A program made the translations under genes and the position numbers. Shown piece by piece: positions 8,862-19,081 of a DNA stretch of 47,389 bases. The DNA lies in assembly GCF_036507355.1 (NCBI RefSeq), contig NZ_AP027879.1, one strand, 5' to 3'. The stretch comes from Escherichia coli (GTDB lineage Bacteria; Pseudomonadota; Gammaproteobacteria; Enterobacterales; Enterobacteriaceae). Within the stretch, counting starts at the first letter, position 1, and the number at the start of each line of letters is the position of its first letter. The notes beneath the pieces are model-generated. The model was given only the letters and a program-made list of their open reading frames with translations, was not told the DNA's origin and ran no database searches.

Positions 8862-9918
8862 GGCTTTGTTGAATAAATCGAACTTTTGCTGAGTTGAAGG
8901 ATCAGATCACGCATCTTCCCGACAACGCAGACCATTCCGTGGCAAAGCAAAAGTTCAAAATAACCAACTGGCCCACCTACAATAAAGCCCTCATCAACCG
9001 TGGCTCCATAACTTTCTGGCTGGATGATGAAGCTATTCAGGCCTGGTATGAGTCGGCAACGCCTTCATCACGGGGAAGACCTCAGCGCTATTCTGATCTC
9101 GCCATCACCACCGTTCTGGTCATTAAACGCGTGTTCAGGTTGACCCTGCGGGCTGCACAGGGTTTTATTGATTCCATTTTTACACTGATGAATGTTCCGT
9201 TGCGCTGCCCGGATTACACCAGTGTCAGCAAGCGCGCAAAGTCGGTTAATGTCAGTTTCAAAACGTTCACCCGGGGTGAAATCGCGCATCTGGTGATTGA
9301 TTCCACCGGGCTGAAGGTCTTTGGTGAAGGCGAATGGAAAGTCAAAAAGCATGGCCAGGAACGCCGTCGTATATGGCGAAAGTTGCATCTGGCAGTTGAC
9401 AGCAACACACATGAAATCATCTGTGCAAACCTGTCGCTGAACAATGTGACGGACTCAGAAGCCTTCCCGGGTCTTATCCGGCAGACTCACAGAAAAATCA
9501 GGGCAGCATCGGCAGACGGCGCTTACGACACCCAACTCTGTCACGATGAACTGCGGCGTAAGAAAATCAGCGCGCTTATCCCGCCCCGAAAAGGCGCGGG
9601 TTACTGGCCCGGTGAATATGCAGACCGTAACCGTGCTGTTGCGAATCAGCGGCTGACCGGGAGTAATGCGCGGTGGAAATGGACAACAGATTACAACCGT
9701 CGCTCGATAGCGGAAACGGCGATGTACCGGGTAAAACAGCTGTTCGGAGGTTCACTGACACTGCGTGACTACGATGGTCAGGTTGCAGAGGCTATGGCCC
9801 TGGTACGAGCGCTGAACAAAATGACGAAAGCAGGTATGCCTGAAAGCGTGCGTATTGCCTGAAAACACAACCCGCTACGGGGGAGACTTACCCGAAATCT
9901 GATTTATTCAACAAAGCC
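8862..9918 (+). mobile_element. IS903-group insertion sequence (IS5 family), complete, 1057 bp
   Basis: 18-bp terminal inverted repeats GGCTTTGTTGAATAAATC; length matches IS903. Confidence 0.85.
8939..9862 (+). CDS. tnpA: IS903 transposase, 307 aa
   Basis: GTG start at VAKQKFKITNW; DDE transposase of the IS5 family. Confidence 0.85.
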   Translation: MAKQKFKITNWPTYNKALINRGSITFWLDDEAIQAWYESATPSSRGRPQRYSDLAITTVLVIKRVFRLTLRAAQGFIDSIFTLMNVPLRCPDYTSVSKRAKSVNVSFKTFTRGEIAHLVIDSTGLKVFGEGEWKVKKHGQERRRIWRKLHLAVDSNTHEIICANLSLNNVTDSEAFPGLIRQTHRKIRAASADGAYDTQLCHDELRRKKISALIPPRKGAGYWPGEYADRNRAVANQRLTGSNARWKWTTDYNRRSIAETAMYRVKQLFGGSLTLRDYDGQVAEAMALVRALNKMTKAGMPESVRIA

Positions 9919-10001
9919 GCGCGGGGCTAACAGGTAAGATGAAATTAAGGTTTTACGAACACTGCCACTGTAATTAATTACCGCTACTTTCATAAATCAC
10001 C

Positions 10002-10388
10002 TCAGAATTTTTTGTTGAACTTCTTAGGGTCGAAATTCTCACCGATTTTCTTGAAGAATTCTTTATCAATAATGCCGGGACTCTCTGCTTTTTTACTTTC
10101 CTGCACTTCAGGCTCAGACGGTTGTGTATTGTGCAATACACTTTCCGCTGCACCCTTCGCGCTACTCTTATCATGCGTATTGTGCAATACATTTTTTCGG
10201 TTTTGCCGCGTTCTATACAGTGCCATCTCAAGCCCTTTGGCTGTTACCGAAAAGCTGTATTCGCTGTCGAGGATTTCAGCAATTTCATGCCGCGTTAGCC
10301 CTCTGTCCAGCCAGTTCTCGATTTCATTTAGGCGCAATCTGACAGCAGCCGATAAGTTGCGGGGTTTCAGATCTGCTGGTTTATTCAT
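10002..10388 (-). CDS. Hypothetical DNA-binding protein with predicted HTH, 128 aa
   Basis: N-terminal region LDRGLTRHEIAEILD; lysine-rich C-terminus; repeat array directly upstream. Confidence 0.5.
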   Translation of the reverse strand: MNKPADLKPRNLSAAVRLRLNEIENWLDRGLTRHEIAEILDSEYSFSVTAKGLEMALYRTRQNRKNVLHNTHDKSSAKGAAESVLHNTQPSEPEVQESKKAESPGIIDKEFFKKIGENFDPKKFNKKF

Positions 10389-10445
10389 AACCCCCTCCGT
10401 TGTATGAAAATGACTCTACAACACTCGTAAGAAGGGGTCAATCGA

Positions 10446-10610
10446 GTTTTGTAGTTTATCTGTAGTTTTATTGTAGTCTATTTGTAGTCTGTCACGTTTT
10501 TTGTAGTTTATTTGTAGTTTTATTGTAGTCTATTTGTAGTCTTACAACACTAAGGCAAAACGTTTTTTGTAGTTTATCTGTAGTTTATCTGTAGTTTTTG
10601 GTTGCTCAGA
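10446..10610. repeat. Array of about 11 direct repeats of an 11-bp unit (YTGTAGTYTWT)
   Basis: Contiguous repeats upstream of the HTH gene; 22-bp palindrome ATGGTCATGCAAGCATGACCAT follows at 10610-10631. Confidence 0.6.
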
Positions 10611-10936
10611 TGGTCATGCAAGCATGACCATCAAAGAATAGGACGCTTTTTAGCCAAATGCCCCTTAACCTACGGAGATCGCCCTACCAAAAAAAGATGA
10701 TTTTTTATCCCTTAACCTGCTATACACCTAACGCAGCGTGATAAATCACGCTATCGCACTGATTTAAAAGAAAAAAAACAAAATTTAGCCATGCTGCGGT
10801 ATTACCCAGGTATTACAAATCAAATCTAAATTACTGATTTAAATAACTTTTTATTTATTACTTTGGTAATACTATGATTTCACCGTATTAGACACCCTTT
10901 TTTCGTTTAAAAAATGCACAAATTGAGGACTGAATG

Positions 10937-11870
10937 GGCTTTGTTGAATAAATCGAACTTTTGCTGAGTTGAAGGATCAGATCACGCATCTTCCCGACAA
11001 CGCAGACCGTTCCGTGGCAAAGCAAAAGTTCAAAATAACCAACTGGCCCACCTACAATAAAGCCCTCATCAACCGTGGCTCCATAACTTTCTGGCTGGAT
11101 GATGAAGCTATTCAGGCCTGGTATGAGTCAGCAACACCTTCTTCACGAGGCAGACCTCAGCGCTATTCTGACCTTGCCATCACGACTGTGCTGGTCATTA
11201 AACGCGTATTCAGGCTGACCCTGCGCGCTGCGCAGGGCTTTATTGATTCCATTTTTTCTCTGATGAACGTTCCGCTACGCTGCCCGGATTACAGCTGTGT
11301 CAGCAGGCGGGCAAAGTCGGTTAACGTCAGTTTCAAAACGTTCACCCGGGGTGAAATCGCGCATCTGGTGATTGATTCCACCGGGCTGAAGGTCTTTGGT
11401 GAAGGCGAGTGGAAAGTCAAAAAGCATGGCCAGGAACGCCGTCGTATATGGCGAAAGTTGCATCTGGCAGTTGACAGCAACACACATGAAATCATCTGTG
11501 CAGACCTGTCGCTGAACAATGTGACGGACTCAGAAGCCTTCCCGGGTCTTATCCGGCAGACTCACAGAAAAATCAGGGCAGCATCGGCAGACGGCGCTTA
11601 CGACACCCGGCTCTGTCACGATGAACTGCGGCGTAAGAAAATCAGCGCGCTTATCCCTCCCCGAAAAGGTGCGGGTTACTGGCCCGGTGAATATGCAGAC
11701 CGTAACCGTGCAGTGGCTAATCAGCGAATGACCGGGAGTAATGCGCGGTGGAAATGGACAACAGATTACAACCGTCGCTCGATAGCGGAAACGGCGATGT
11801 ACCGGGTAAAACAGCTGTTCGGGGGTTCACTGACGCTGCGTGACTACGATGGTCAGGTTGCGGAGGCTAT
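10937..11870 (+). mobile_element. Second IS903-group copy, 3'-truncated, lacks right IR
   Basis: Left IR intact; homology ends near 11870 where the Tn5393-type IR begins; several aa differences from copy 1. Confidence 0.75.
11014..11870 (+). pseudogene. tnpA: IS903-group transposase, 3'-truncated
   Basis: Reading frame runs into Tn5393 IR sequence after aa about 286. Confidence 0.6.
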
Positions 11871-11950
11871 GGGGTCGTTTGCGGGAGAGGGCGAAATCCT
11901 ACGCTAAGGCTTTGGCCAGCGATATTCTCCGGTAAGATTGATGTGTTCCC
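11870..11950. repeat. Tn5393-type 81-bp terminal inverted repeat
   Basis: GGGGTCGTTTGCGGGA... immediately downstream of the strB stop; a second, slightly divergent copy at 28388-28468. Confidence 0.55.
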
Positions 11951-11976
11951 AGGGGATAGGAGAAGTCGCTTGATAT

Positions 11977-12688
11977 CTAGTATGACGTCTGTCGCACCTG
12001 CTTGATCGCGGCCGCGATAGCTAGATCGCGTTGCTCCTCTTCTCCATCCGCGTTCCAAGCTGCGGAAAGGCACCCATAAGCGTACGCCTGGTCGAGCAGG
12101 CGACGCGGATCGACGTCCAGCGCACGAGAGAATGCGTCCGCCATCTGTGCAATGCGTCTAGGATCGAGACAAAGGTCGTCTCTGTCAGCCGGATCGTAGA
12201 ACATATTGGCGGCGCCAAAGCCCACTTCACCGACCAGACCGACGGGATCTATCACCAGCCAGCCGCGACTGGAGAACATGATGTTTTCATGATGCAGATC
12301 GCCATGTAGCCCACGCAGTTCCGAGGCATTGCTCATCATTTGATCGGCTATAATCGCCGCGTGGACGTAGTCAGTTTGACAACCTGCGTTTTGATCATCG
12401 CGCGCCCGCTGAAACAAAGCTGCAAAGCGATCCCGGATCGGGAGAAGGGCAGAAGGCAGGGGTTCCTCAGATGCGGCATACAGCTTCGCCATTAGTTCCG
12501 CTGCAATTTCGGTCGCCTGGTAGTCGCCGTGCTCGGCAACGATGTGAGAGAGCATTCGCTCCCCGGCATATTCGAGCAACATCAGATTGTTCTCACGACC
12601 GAGCAACCGGACTGCTCCCCTCCCATTGCGCCATACCAGATAGTCGGCCCCGCGCAGTTCATCAGCAATGTCTTCTATAGGTTTCAAT
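11977..12688 (-). pseudogene. strB: aph(6)-Id (strB), 5'-truncated by IS26
   Basis: Matches the C-terminal 237 aa of the full StrB at 27526-28362; N-terminal codons derive from the IS26 end. Confidence 0.85.
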
Positions 12689-13508
12689 GGCACTGTTGCA
12701 AAGTTAGCGATGAGGCAGCCTTTTGTCTTATTCAAAGGCCTTACATTTCAAAAACTCTGCTTACCAGGCGCATTTCGCCCAGGGGATCACCATAATAAAA
12801 TGCTGAGGCCTGGCCTTTGCGTAGTGCACGCATCACCTCAATACCTTTGATGGTGGCGTAAGCCGTCTTCATGGATTTAAATCCCAGCGTGGCGTTGATT
12901 ATCCGTTTCAGTTTGCCATGATCGCATTCAATCACGTTGTTCCGGTACTTAATCTGTCGGTGTTCAACGTCAGACGGGCACCGGCCTTCGCGTTTGAGCA
13001 GAGCAAGCGCGCGACCATAGGCGGGCGCTTTATCCGTGTTGATGAATCGCGGGATCTGCCACTTCTTCACGTTGTTGAGGATTTTACCCAGAAACCGGTA
13101 TGCAGCTTTGCTGTTACGACGGGAGGAGAGATAAAAATCGACAGTGCGGCCCCGGCTGTCGACGGCCCGGTACAGATACGCCCAGCGGCCATTGACCTTC
13201 ACGTAGGTTTCATCCATGTGCCACGGGCAAAGATCGGAAGGGTTACGCCAGTACCAGCGCAGCCGTTTTTCCATTTCAGGCGCATAACGCTGAACCCAGC
13301 GGTAAATCGTGGAGTGATCGACATTCACTCCGCGTTCAGCCAGCATCTCCTGCAGCTCACGGTAACTGATGCCGTATTTGCAGTACCAGCGTACGGCCCA
13401 CAGAATGATGTCACGCTGAAAATGCCGGCCTTTGAATGGGTTCATGTGCAGCTCCATCAGCAAAAGGGGATGATAAGTTTATCACCACCGACTATTTGCA
13501 ACAGTGCC
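12689..13508 (-). mobile_element. IS26, complete, 820 bp (copy a)
   Basis: 14-bp terminal IRs GGCACTGTTGCAAA; Tnp26 ORF. Confidence 0.95.
12741..13445 (-). CDS. tnp26: IS26 transposase Tnp26, N at position 184
   Basis: [18 protein letters not shown]...; residue 184 is N ([10 protein letters not shown]). Confidence 0.95.
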   Translation of the reverse strand: MNPFKGRHFQRDIILWAVRWYCKYGISYRELQEMLAERGVNVDHSTIYRWVQRYAPEMEKRLRWYWRNPSDLCPWHMDETYVKVNGRWAYLYRAVDSRGRTVDFYLSSRRNSKAAYRFLGKILNNVKKWQIPRFINTDKAPAYGRALALLKREGRCPSDVEHRQIKYRNNVIECDHGKLKRIINATLGFKSMKTAYATIKGIEVMRALRKGQASAFYYGDPLGEMRLVSRVFEM

Positions 13509-13561
13509 CGCTCCAGATAGTCATCACCGATGAATCAGGCTCCAGTCGAACGGAGGAACTG

Positions 13562-14890
13562 ATGACAATCCAGAAATCAGGGGAGACCCGGAACGACATC
13601 GGATTATCGGTGTCAGAATCCAAGCTGTTGCTGAATACGGTCCAGCAGTCGGTGGTCCAGCTGCAGGCAGACGAATATACTCAACACCATATCCGGTGCC
13701 CTCACTGCCTTGCTGCGCGCAGAATCAAAGGCAAACAGAAAATACGGTACCGGACGCTGTTTGGCGTTATTCCGGTATCCGGGCTTCGGGTGTACCGGTG
13801 CCGTTGTGAAGAGAGTGATACAAAGACAGTCAGTTTGCTCAGCGACTGGGCCGGCGATTATTCTCACCCGGCACTGAAATATATTGAAACCCGCTGGGCC
13901 TCGATGATCTCCTATGAAATGACGACTCGTCTGCTGAAAGATATTCTGCCGGTGGGCCACAGCCTGAATGCCTCAACGGTGAGGAATCATTTATGCCAGG
14001 TGGCGCAGCGTCTTGACGCTGAGGCTGAAGCTCATTCAGGTTTTCTTTCCGGCTGCCCCCGCGACTGGGGGAACCTGCCCAGGCCAGGAAAACCGCTTGT
14101 GGTGGGTATAGATGGTGGTTATGTTCGCGATCGGGATGACAAAAAGCGTAATTTTGAAATTATTGCCGGGAAGTCTTTTTCCGTTGGTGCGCCTGCTGAC
14201 ACCCGCCGCTTCGGTTTTGTTCAGAAGGATGACTGTCATCCGGAACGCAGGCTCATGACCCACCTTTCAGCGCAGGGAATGCAGGCCAACCAGCAGATAT
14301 TTTTTCTGTCCGACGGCGCGGATAATCTCAGGGACCTCCAGTTCGGTATGTACCCTGAGTCAACGCATGTGCTGGACTGGTTTCATATCACCATGAGGCT
14401 GAAGGTGCTCATGCAATATGCCCGGGGACTGCTGGTATCAGATCCAGAGGCGGGGAGTAAAGTTCTGGCACTGCTGGAAAGCATTAAACGATATCTCTGG
14501 CATGGCAATGTTGTCGCTGCGCTGGAACATATTGATAATTGCGTTATGTATTGCGATGACCCTGAACTCAGCTATCCTAGCCTGAAATCCCTGCAAAAAC
14601 ATCTGGATGAAATGTATACCTACATCCGGAATAATAAGATGATGATCCCAAACTACGGCGAAATGCGTCGGTACGGAGAGCCGGTATCAACCGCGTTTGT
14701 GGAATCCACGATCAATGAAGTGATCGCCAGACGAATGGCCAAAAAGCAGCAGATGCAGTGGAGCAGAAAAGGGGCTCATTATTTGTTACAGACCCGGACC
14801 GCCGTTTTGAATAACGAACTGCAGGATAAATTTGTCTGCTGGTATCCGGGTTTTCAAAGTGACGGGAAGGGACCAGCGATGGCAGCATAG
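13562..14890 (+). CDS. Transposase with N-terminal zinc ribbon, about 443 aa; ISKra4-like (ISKpn19-like), family uncertain
   Basis: ATG after GGAGG just beyond the IS26 end; CPHC...CRC motif; qnrS1 neighbourhood. Confidence 0.5.
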   Translation: MTIQKSGETRNDIGLSVSESKLLLNTVQQSVVQLQADEYTQHHIRCPHCLAARRIKGKQKIRYRTLFGVIPVSGLRVYRCRCEESDTKTVSLLSDWAGDYSHPALKYIETRWASMISYEMTTRLLKDILPVGHSLNASTVRNHLCQVAQRLDAEAEAHSGFLSGCPRDWGNLPRPGKPLVVGIDGGYVRDRDDKKRNFEIIAGKSFSVGAPADTRRFGFVQKDDCHPERRLMTHLSAQGMQANQQIFFLSDGADNLRDLQFGMYPESTHVLDWFHITMRLKVLMQYARGLLVSDPEAGSKVLALLESIKRYLWHGNVVAALEHIDNCVMYCDDPELSYPSLKSLQKHLDEMYTYIRNNKMMIPNYGEMRRYGEPVSTAFVESTINEVIARRMAKKQQMQWSRKGAHYLLQTRTAVLNNELQDKFVCWYPGFQSDGKGPAMAA

Positions 14891-14913
14891 CTCACGCTGC
14901 CCCAATATTTTTT

Positions 14914-15351
14914 ATGCTCTCGGTCGTATGGAAGCTGGACCGCCTCGGTCGTGATCTTCGTCATCTCATTAATACAGTGCACGACCTGACCGCGAGGGGG
15001 ACCGGTCTGAAAGTGCTGACCGGTCACGGGGCGACTATCGACACAACAACGGCCGCTGGCAAGCTTGTCTTCGGTATCTTTGCCGCACTGGCGGAGTTTG
15101 AGCGCGAACTGATTGCTGAAAGAACGACTGCAGGTCTGGCATCAGCAAGAGCCCGTGGGCGGAACGGCGGCCGACCTTATAAAATGACGCCAGTCAAACT
15201 GCGACTGGCAATGGCATCAATGGGACAATCAGAAACAAAGGTCAGTACGCTATGCCAGGAACTTGGGATAACCCGGCAAACTTTGTACAGGCATATTTCC
15301 CCTGTTGGTCAACTGCGGGCGGACGGGATCAAGCTGCTCAACCGTGGATAA
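14914..15351 (+). pseudogene. tnpR: Serine resolvase (tnpR-like), 5'-truncated
   Basis: Frame begins mid-domain at LDRLGRD and lacks the catalytic Ser region; C-terminal HTH retained. Confidence 0.6.
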
Positions 15352-15408
15352 TTTGAACGGACGGAAAAATCTGGGGTTCCGGCGTAGTACCCCTATCACC
15401 TCCACATT

Positions 15409-15422
15409 TTTGCAACAGTGCC
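15409..15422. repeat. Solo 14-bp IS26/IS6-family terminal repeat (TTTGCAACAGTGCC)
   Basis: Exact match to the IS26 IR with no adjoining IS26 sequence. Confidence 0.4.
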
Positions 15423-15669
15423 TTATAAATGGCAGCCTTATGTTTACTTGCCAAGATGGGCTACCATATGATGTTTTATACTGAGCAATATTAATATTAT
15501 CTTTAATGGAAAAATTAAGCCCACTAAGTGACCCACTGCTATATGGCTCTATTGTGAAGACGCCTGAGGGTAAAAATTTATACATGGTTGTCCCTATGTC
15601 TATTATTGCAAGGTTGACAATATTATTCGTTTTATAAATTTGAGCGTTTAAAATCACACATCAAAGCAA

Positions 15670-16326
15670 TTAGTCAGGATAAACAACAATACCCAGTGCT
15701 TCGAGAATCAGTTCTTGCTGCCAGGCTGCAATTTTGATACCTGATGTATCGACTTTGCGGGGATCTAAACCGTCGAGTTCGGCGTGGCATAAATTGGCAC
15801 CCTGTAGGCTAAATTGCCCCCAGACATCTTCGGAAAAAACACCTCGACTTAAGTCTGACTCTTTCAGTGATGCACCCGCTAGGTTCGTTCCTATCCAGCG
15901 ATTTTCAAACAACTCACATTTTTCTAAACAAACCCTCTCCATATTGGCATAGGAAAGATTACATCCAGAAATAAATGCTGAGCAAAAGTACATACGATTA
16001 CTCACTTGATGGGCAAAGTTTGTTCGGGAAAAGTTGGCACCTTTTAAATCACACGCACGGAACTCTATACCGTAGCAATTGGCATTACTGAAGTTTGCCA
16101 TCGCAAGTTGGCATTGTTGGAAACTTGCATCACGAAGATCTGCGACATCAAAGTGGCAGCCTTCGATATCACCCTGTTCAATGAACTTGCAGTTGACGAA
16201 TGTCGTATCACGCAAGTTAGCACGTCGAAAGTCGCTGCGAATGAATGTGCAAGCGGTGAAGGTGAGATCACTTAAGTCTTTATGTGAAAAGTTGTGGTGC
16301 CGATATGTATGATTGTAGGTTTCCAT
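15670..16326 (-). CDS. qnrS1: Pentapeptide-repeat quinolone-resistance protein QnrS1
   Basis: 218 aa starting METYNHTYRHHNFSHKDL; pentapeptide repeats throughout. Confidence 0.95.
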   Translation of the reverse strand: METYNHTYRHHNFSHKDLSDLTFTACTFIRSDFRRANLRDTTFVNCKFIEQGDIEGCHFDVADLRDASFQQCQLAMANFSNANCYGIEFRACDLKGANFSRTNFAHQVSNRMYFCSAFISGCNLSYANMERVCLEKCELFENRWIGTNLAGASLKESDLSRGVFSEDVWGQFSLQGANLCHAELDGLDPRKVDTSGIKIAAWQQELILEALGIVVYPD

Positions 16327-16693
16327 GAGTACTCCTTGTTGAAAGGAGGGCTAGACTACCATTATACATATGCCAAGACATTAAAATAAAAGCCTGTTAC
16401 ATCAACACATTACAACCCCTCAATTTACCTGTTTTAAGTGGTCAAATTGGCGCGTAGAGCGCCTATCGCTCTTGCATTGGCACGCGGCCCTGTTGAAAAA
16501 AGTTATTCGCTTTAGATAGGGTTAGGAGAGCCGTGCTTCGCCGGTAAAAAATCGGACTATCCGACGCAGGGCGGACTCATCGGCGGAGAAGCAAACTTTG
16601 ACTATATCTCCCTACACTTGGAAGAGGGCTAGACTGGCCCCATAGATCACCAGACACTTCGACTCTCTTAAAATAAGAGGTAGTCTTGGAACT

Positions 16694-17089
16694 ATGTTTA
16701 ATACCAGTCAGAACGATAAGATGGTTGAAGTGTTATCAGGACCTGAGCGGCGTCGGCGTCGTACACCGCAGGAAAAAATTGCCATTATTCAGCAGACTAT
16801 GGAGCCCGGTATGACCGTGTCTCATGTCGCGCGCCTGCATGGCATCAATGCAAACCAGATATTCAAATGGCGCAAGCAATATTAAGACGGTTCACTGACG
16901 GCTGTTGCATCGGGCGAGGAAGTGGTGCCGGCCTCCGAACTCGCTGCCGCCAATAAGCAAATTCGCGAACTCCAGCGCCTTCTGGGCAAAAAGACGATGG
17001 AAGCCGAGATACTCAAAGAGGCCGTGGAGTTCGGCCGGGCAAAAAAATGGATTGCGCATGCGCCCTCGTTGCCTGGGAACGACGAATAA
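16694..17089 (+). pseudogene. IS2-like orfA containing an in-frame TAA at 16883-16885
   Basis: MFNTSQ...KWRKQY stop [12 protein letters not shown]...PGNDE; same frame continues for 67 codons after the stop. Confidence 0.5.
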
Positions 17090-17202
17090 GCGACGTTTGC
17101 AGAAGTCTTGGCGTGTCGCGTGCGCAGTTGAGCATTCGGGTTCACCGGCCATCTGACTGACAGGATCGCAGACGGCAGCCCCGTTCTGACGATACCACCG
17201 TA

Positions 17203-17745
17203 TTGTCCCGGATAAACATGGCGGTGGCTGACCTGCCGACGTATGGTTATCGCCGTGTGTGGGCGCTGCTGCGACGGGAGTCGGAGCGGGACGGCCTGCC
17301 TGTGGTTAATGCAAAGCGGGTGTATCGCATTATGAGAACGCATAATCTGCTTCTTGAACGTAAACCCGCTGATCCTTGCCGTAAGCGGGCCCATAAGGGG
17401 CGCGTAGCAGTAGCGGAAAGTAACCGGCGCTGGTGCTCAGATGGCTTTGAGTTCCGCTGTGATAATGGCGAAAAGCTGCGGGTGACCTTCGCGCAGGACT
17501 GCTGCGACAGGGAGATCATTGACTGGGCAGCGAGCACCGGAGGCTATGACAAAGAAACGGTGCAGGATGTCATGCTGGGTGCGGTGGAAAAACGCTTCGG
17601 AAGGCAGTTGCCAACAGTGCCGGCGTTCGCCCGGTTGCTGGGACTGGAGCCTTGTACGACAGCAGTGCGAAGCCCGGAAAGCAATGGCATAGCAGAAAGC
17701 TTCGTGATGACGATAAAACGGGACTACATCAGCATCAGGATTTTA
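17203..17745 (+). pseudogene. IS2-like orfB, 3'-truncated
   Basis: 183-aa catalytic-domain fragment ending where the Tn3 IR starts. Confidence 0.6.
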
Positions 17746-17783
17746 GGGGTCTGACGCTCAGTGGAACGAAAACTCACGTTAAG
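17746..17783. repeat. Tn3/Tn2 38-bp terminal inverted repeat
   Basis: GGGGTCTGACGCTCAGTGGAACGAAAACTCACGTTAAG. Confidence 0.85.
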
Positions 17784-19081
17784 CAACGTTTTCTGCCTCT
17801 GACGCCTCTTTTAATGGTCTCAGATGTCCTTTGGTCACCAGTTCTGCCAGCGTGAAGGAATAATGGCCGAGCATATTGATATGTCCGTGGCAAAGCGGGG
17901 AGAGGCGTGCGATATCTTCATCATTCAGTGTTTCACCCTGCGCCCGGAGATGATCCAGGGCTGCCTGCATATAAATAGTGTTCCATAACACGACGGCGTT
18001 AGTGACCAGCCCCAGTGTGCCCAGTTGATCTTCCTGACCGTCGGTATATCGTTTTCTTATCTCACCTTTTTGACCGTGACAGATGGCTCTGGCAACGGCA
18101 TGGCGACTTTCTCCCCGATTAAGCTGGGTCAGAATGCGCCGGCGGTAATCTTCATCATCAATATAATTAAGCAGATACAGCGTTTTGTTGATGCGCCCCA
18201 CTTCAATGATTGCCTGAGTCAGTCCGGAAGGACGTTCACTTTTCAGCAATGAACGGACCAGCACTGAAACCTGTACTTTGCCCAGCTTCAGGGAGCCAGC
18301 GGTCCGGATCATTTCGTCCCACTGAAGGACTATTTTTCGGGGATCTGATTGCCCTCTGGCAATATCATTCAGCACGCCATAGTCGGCATCATGGTCCATT
18401 CGCCAGAAAACCGAAGCACCGGCATCAGCCAGGCGTGGAGAAAACTGGTATCCCAGCAGCCAGAAAAGGCCAAAGACAAGTTCGCTGGCACCTGCTGTAT
18501 CGGTCATAATTTCGGTTGGATTCAGCCCGGTCTCCTGTTCCAGAAGACCTTCCAGCACAAAGATAGAGTCCCTCAGCGTCCCCGGTATAACGATGCCATG
18601 AAAGCCGGAATACTGATCGGACACAAAGTTGTACCAGGTGATCCCTCTGTTATTACCAAAGTATTTGCGGTTCGGTCCGGCATTGATTGTTCTGACTGGC
18701 GTAACAAAGCGCATTCCATCTGCAGATGCCACTTCTCCTCCACCCCATATCTGTGCCAGTGGCAGCGTTGCCTGAAAATCAACCAGTCTGGCATTAGCGC
18801 TGGTGATAGTTTCAGCCCGCAGATAGTTCGCTTTTGTCCAGTTCAGCCGGTGTCGGGTCAGTGCAGGAACATTTGATCTGATCAGTGGTTCCAGACCGAT
18901 ATTGCAGGCTTCAGCCATCAGCACGGCGCTGATGCTGACGGGCAGATCATCAACTCTGGCACTGGCTTCACTAGCATGGAAAAACTCATCAGCAAATCCG
19001 GTATGGGCGTTAATTTCGAGCAGCAACTCCGTTAAATCCACCGGAGGGAGTAGATCACTGATCATTTTGCTCAGTCGTTTC
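17779..19081 (-). pseudogene. tnpA: Tn3-family transposase TnpA (Tn2/Tn3), 5'-truncated by IS26
   Basis: 435-aa C-terminal portion ending inside the Tn3 IR; N-terminus replaced by IS26. Confidence 0.85.

Larger units (their letters stand above)
16620..17745 (+). mobile_element. IS3-family (IS2-group, ISEcl2-like) element remnant, truncated by Tn3-type IR
   Basis: orfA and orfB frames similar to IS2 InsC/InsD; left boundary approximate. Confidence 0.6.

Noticed and set aside
12918-13520. 200-aa ORF antisense to Tnp26, repeated in every IS26 copy
   Set aside because: It overlaps the transposase gene on the opposite strand in each IS26; it is treated here as a non-coding antisense frame.
13436-13561. 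N-terminal extension of the 484-aa ORF ([15 protein letters not shown]...)
   Set aside because: These codons lie inside the IS26 terminal region; the real start is taken as the ATG at 13562 after GGAGG.
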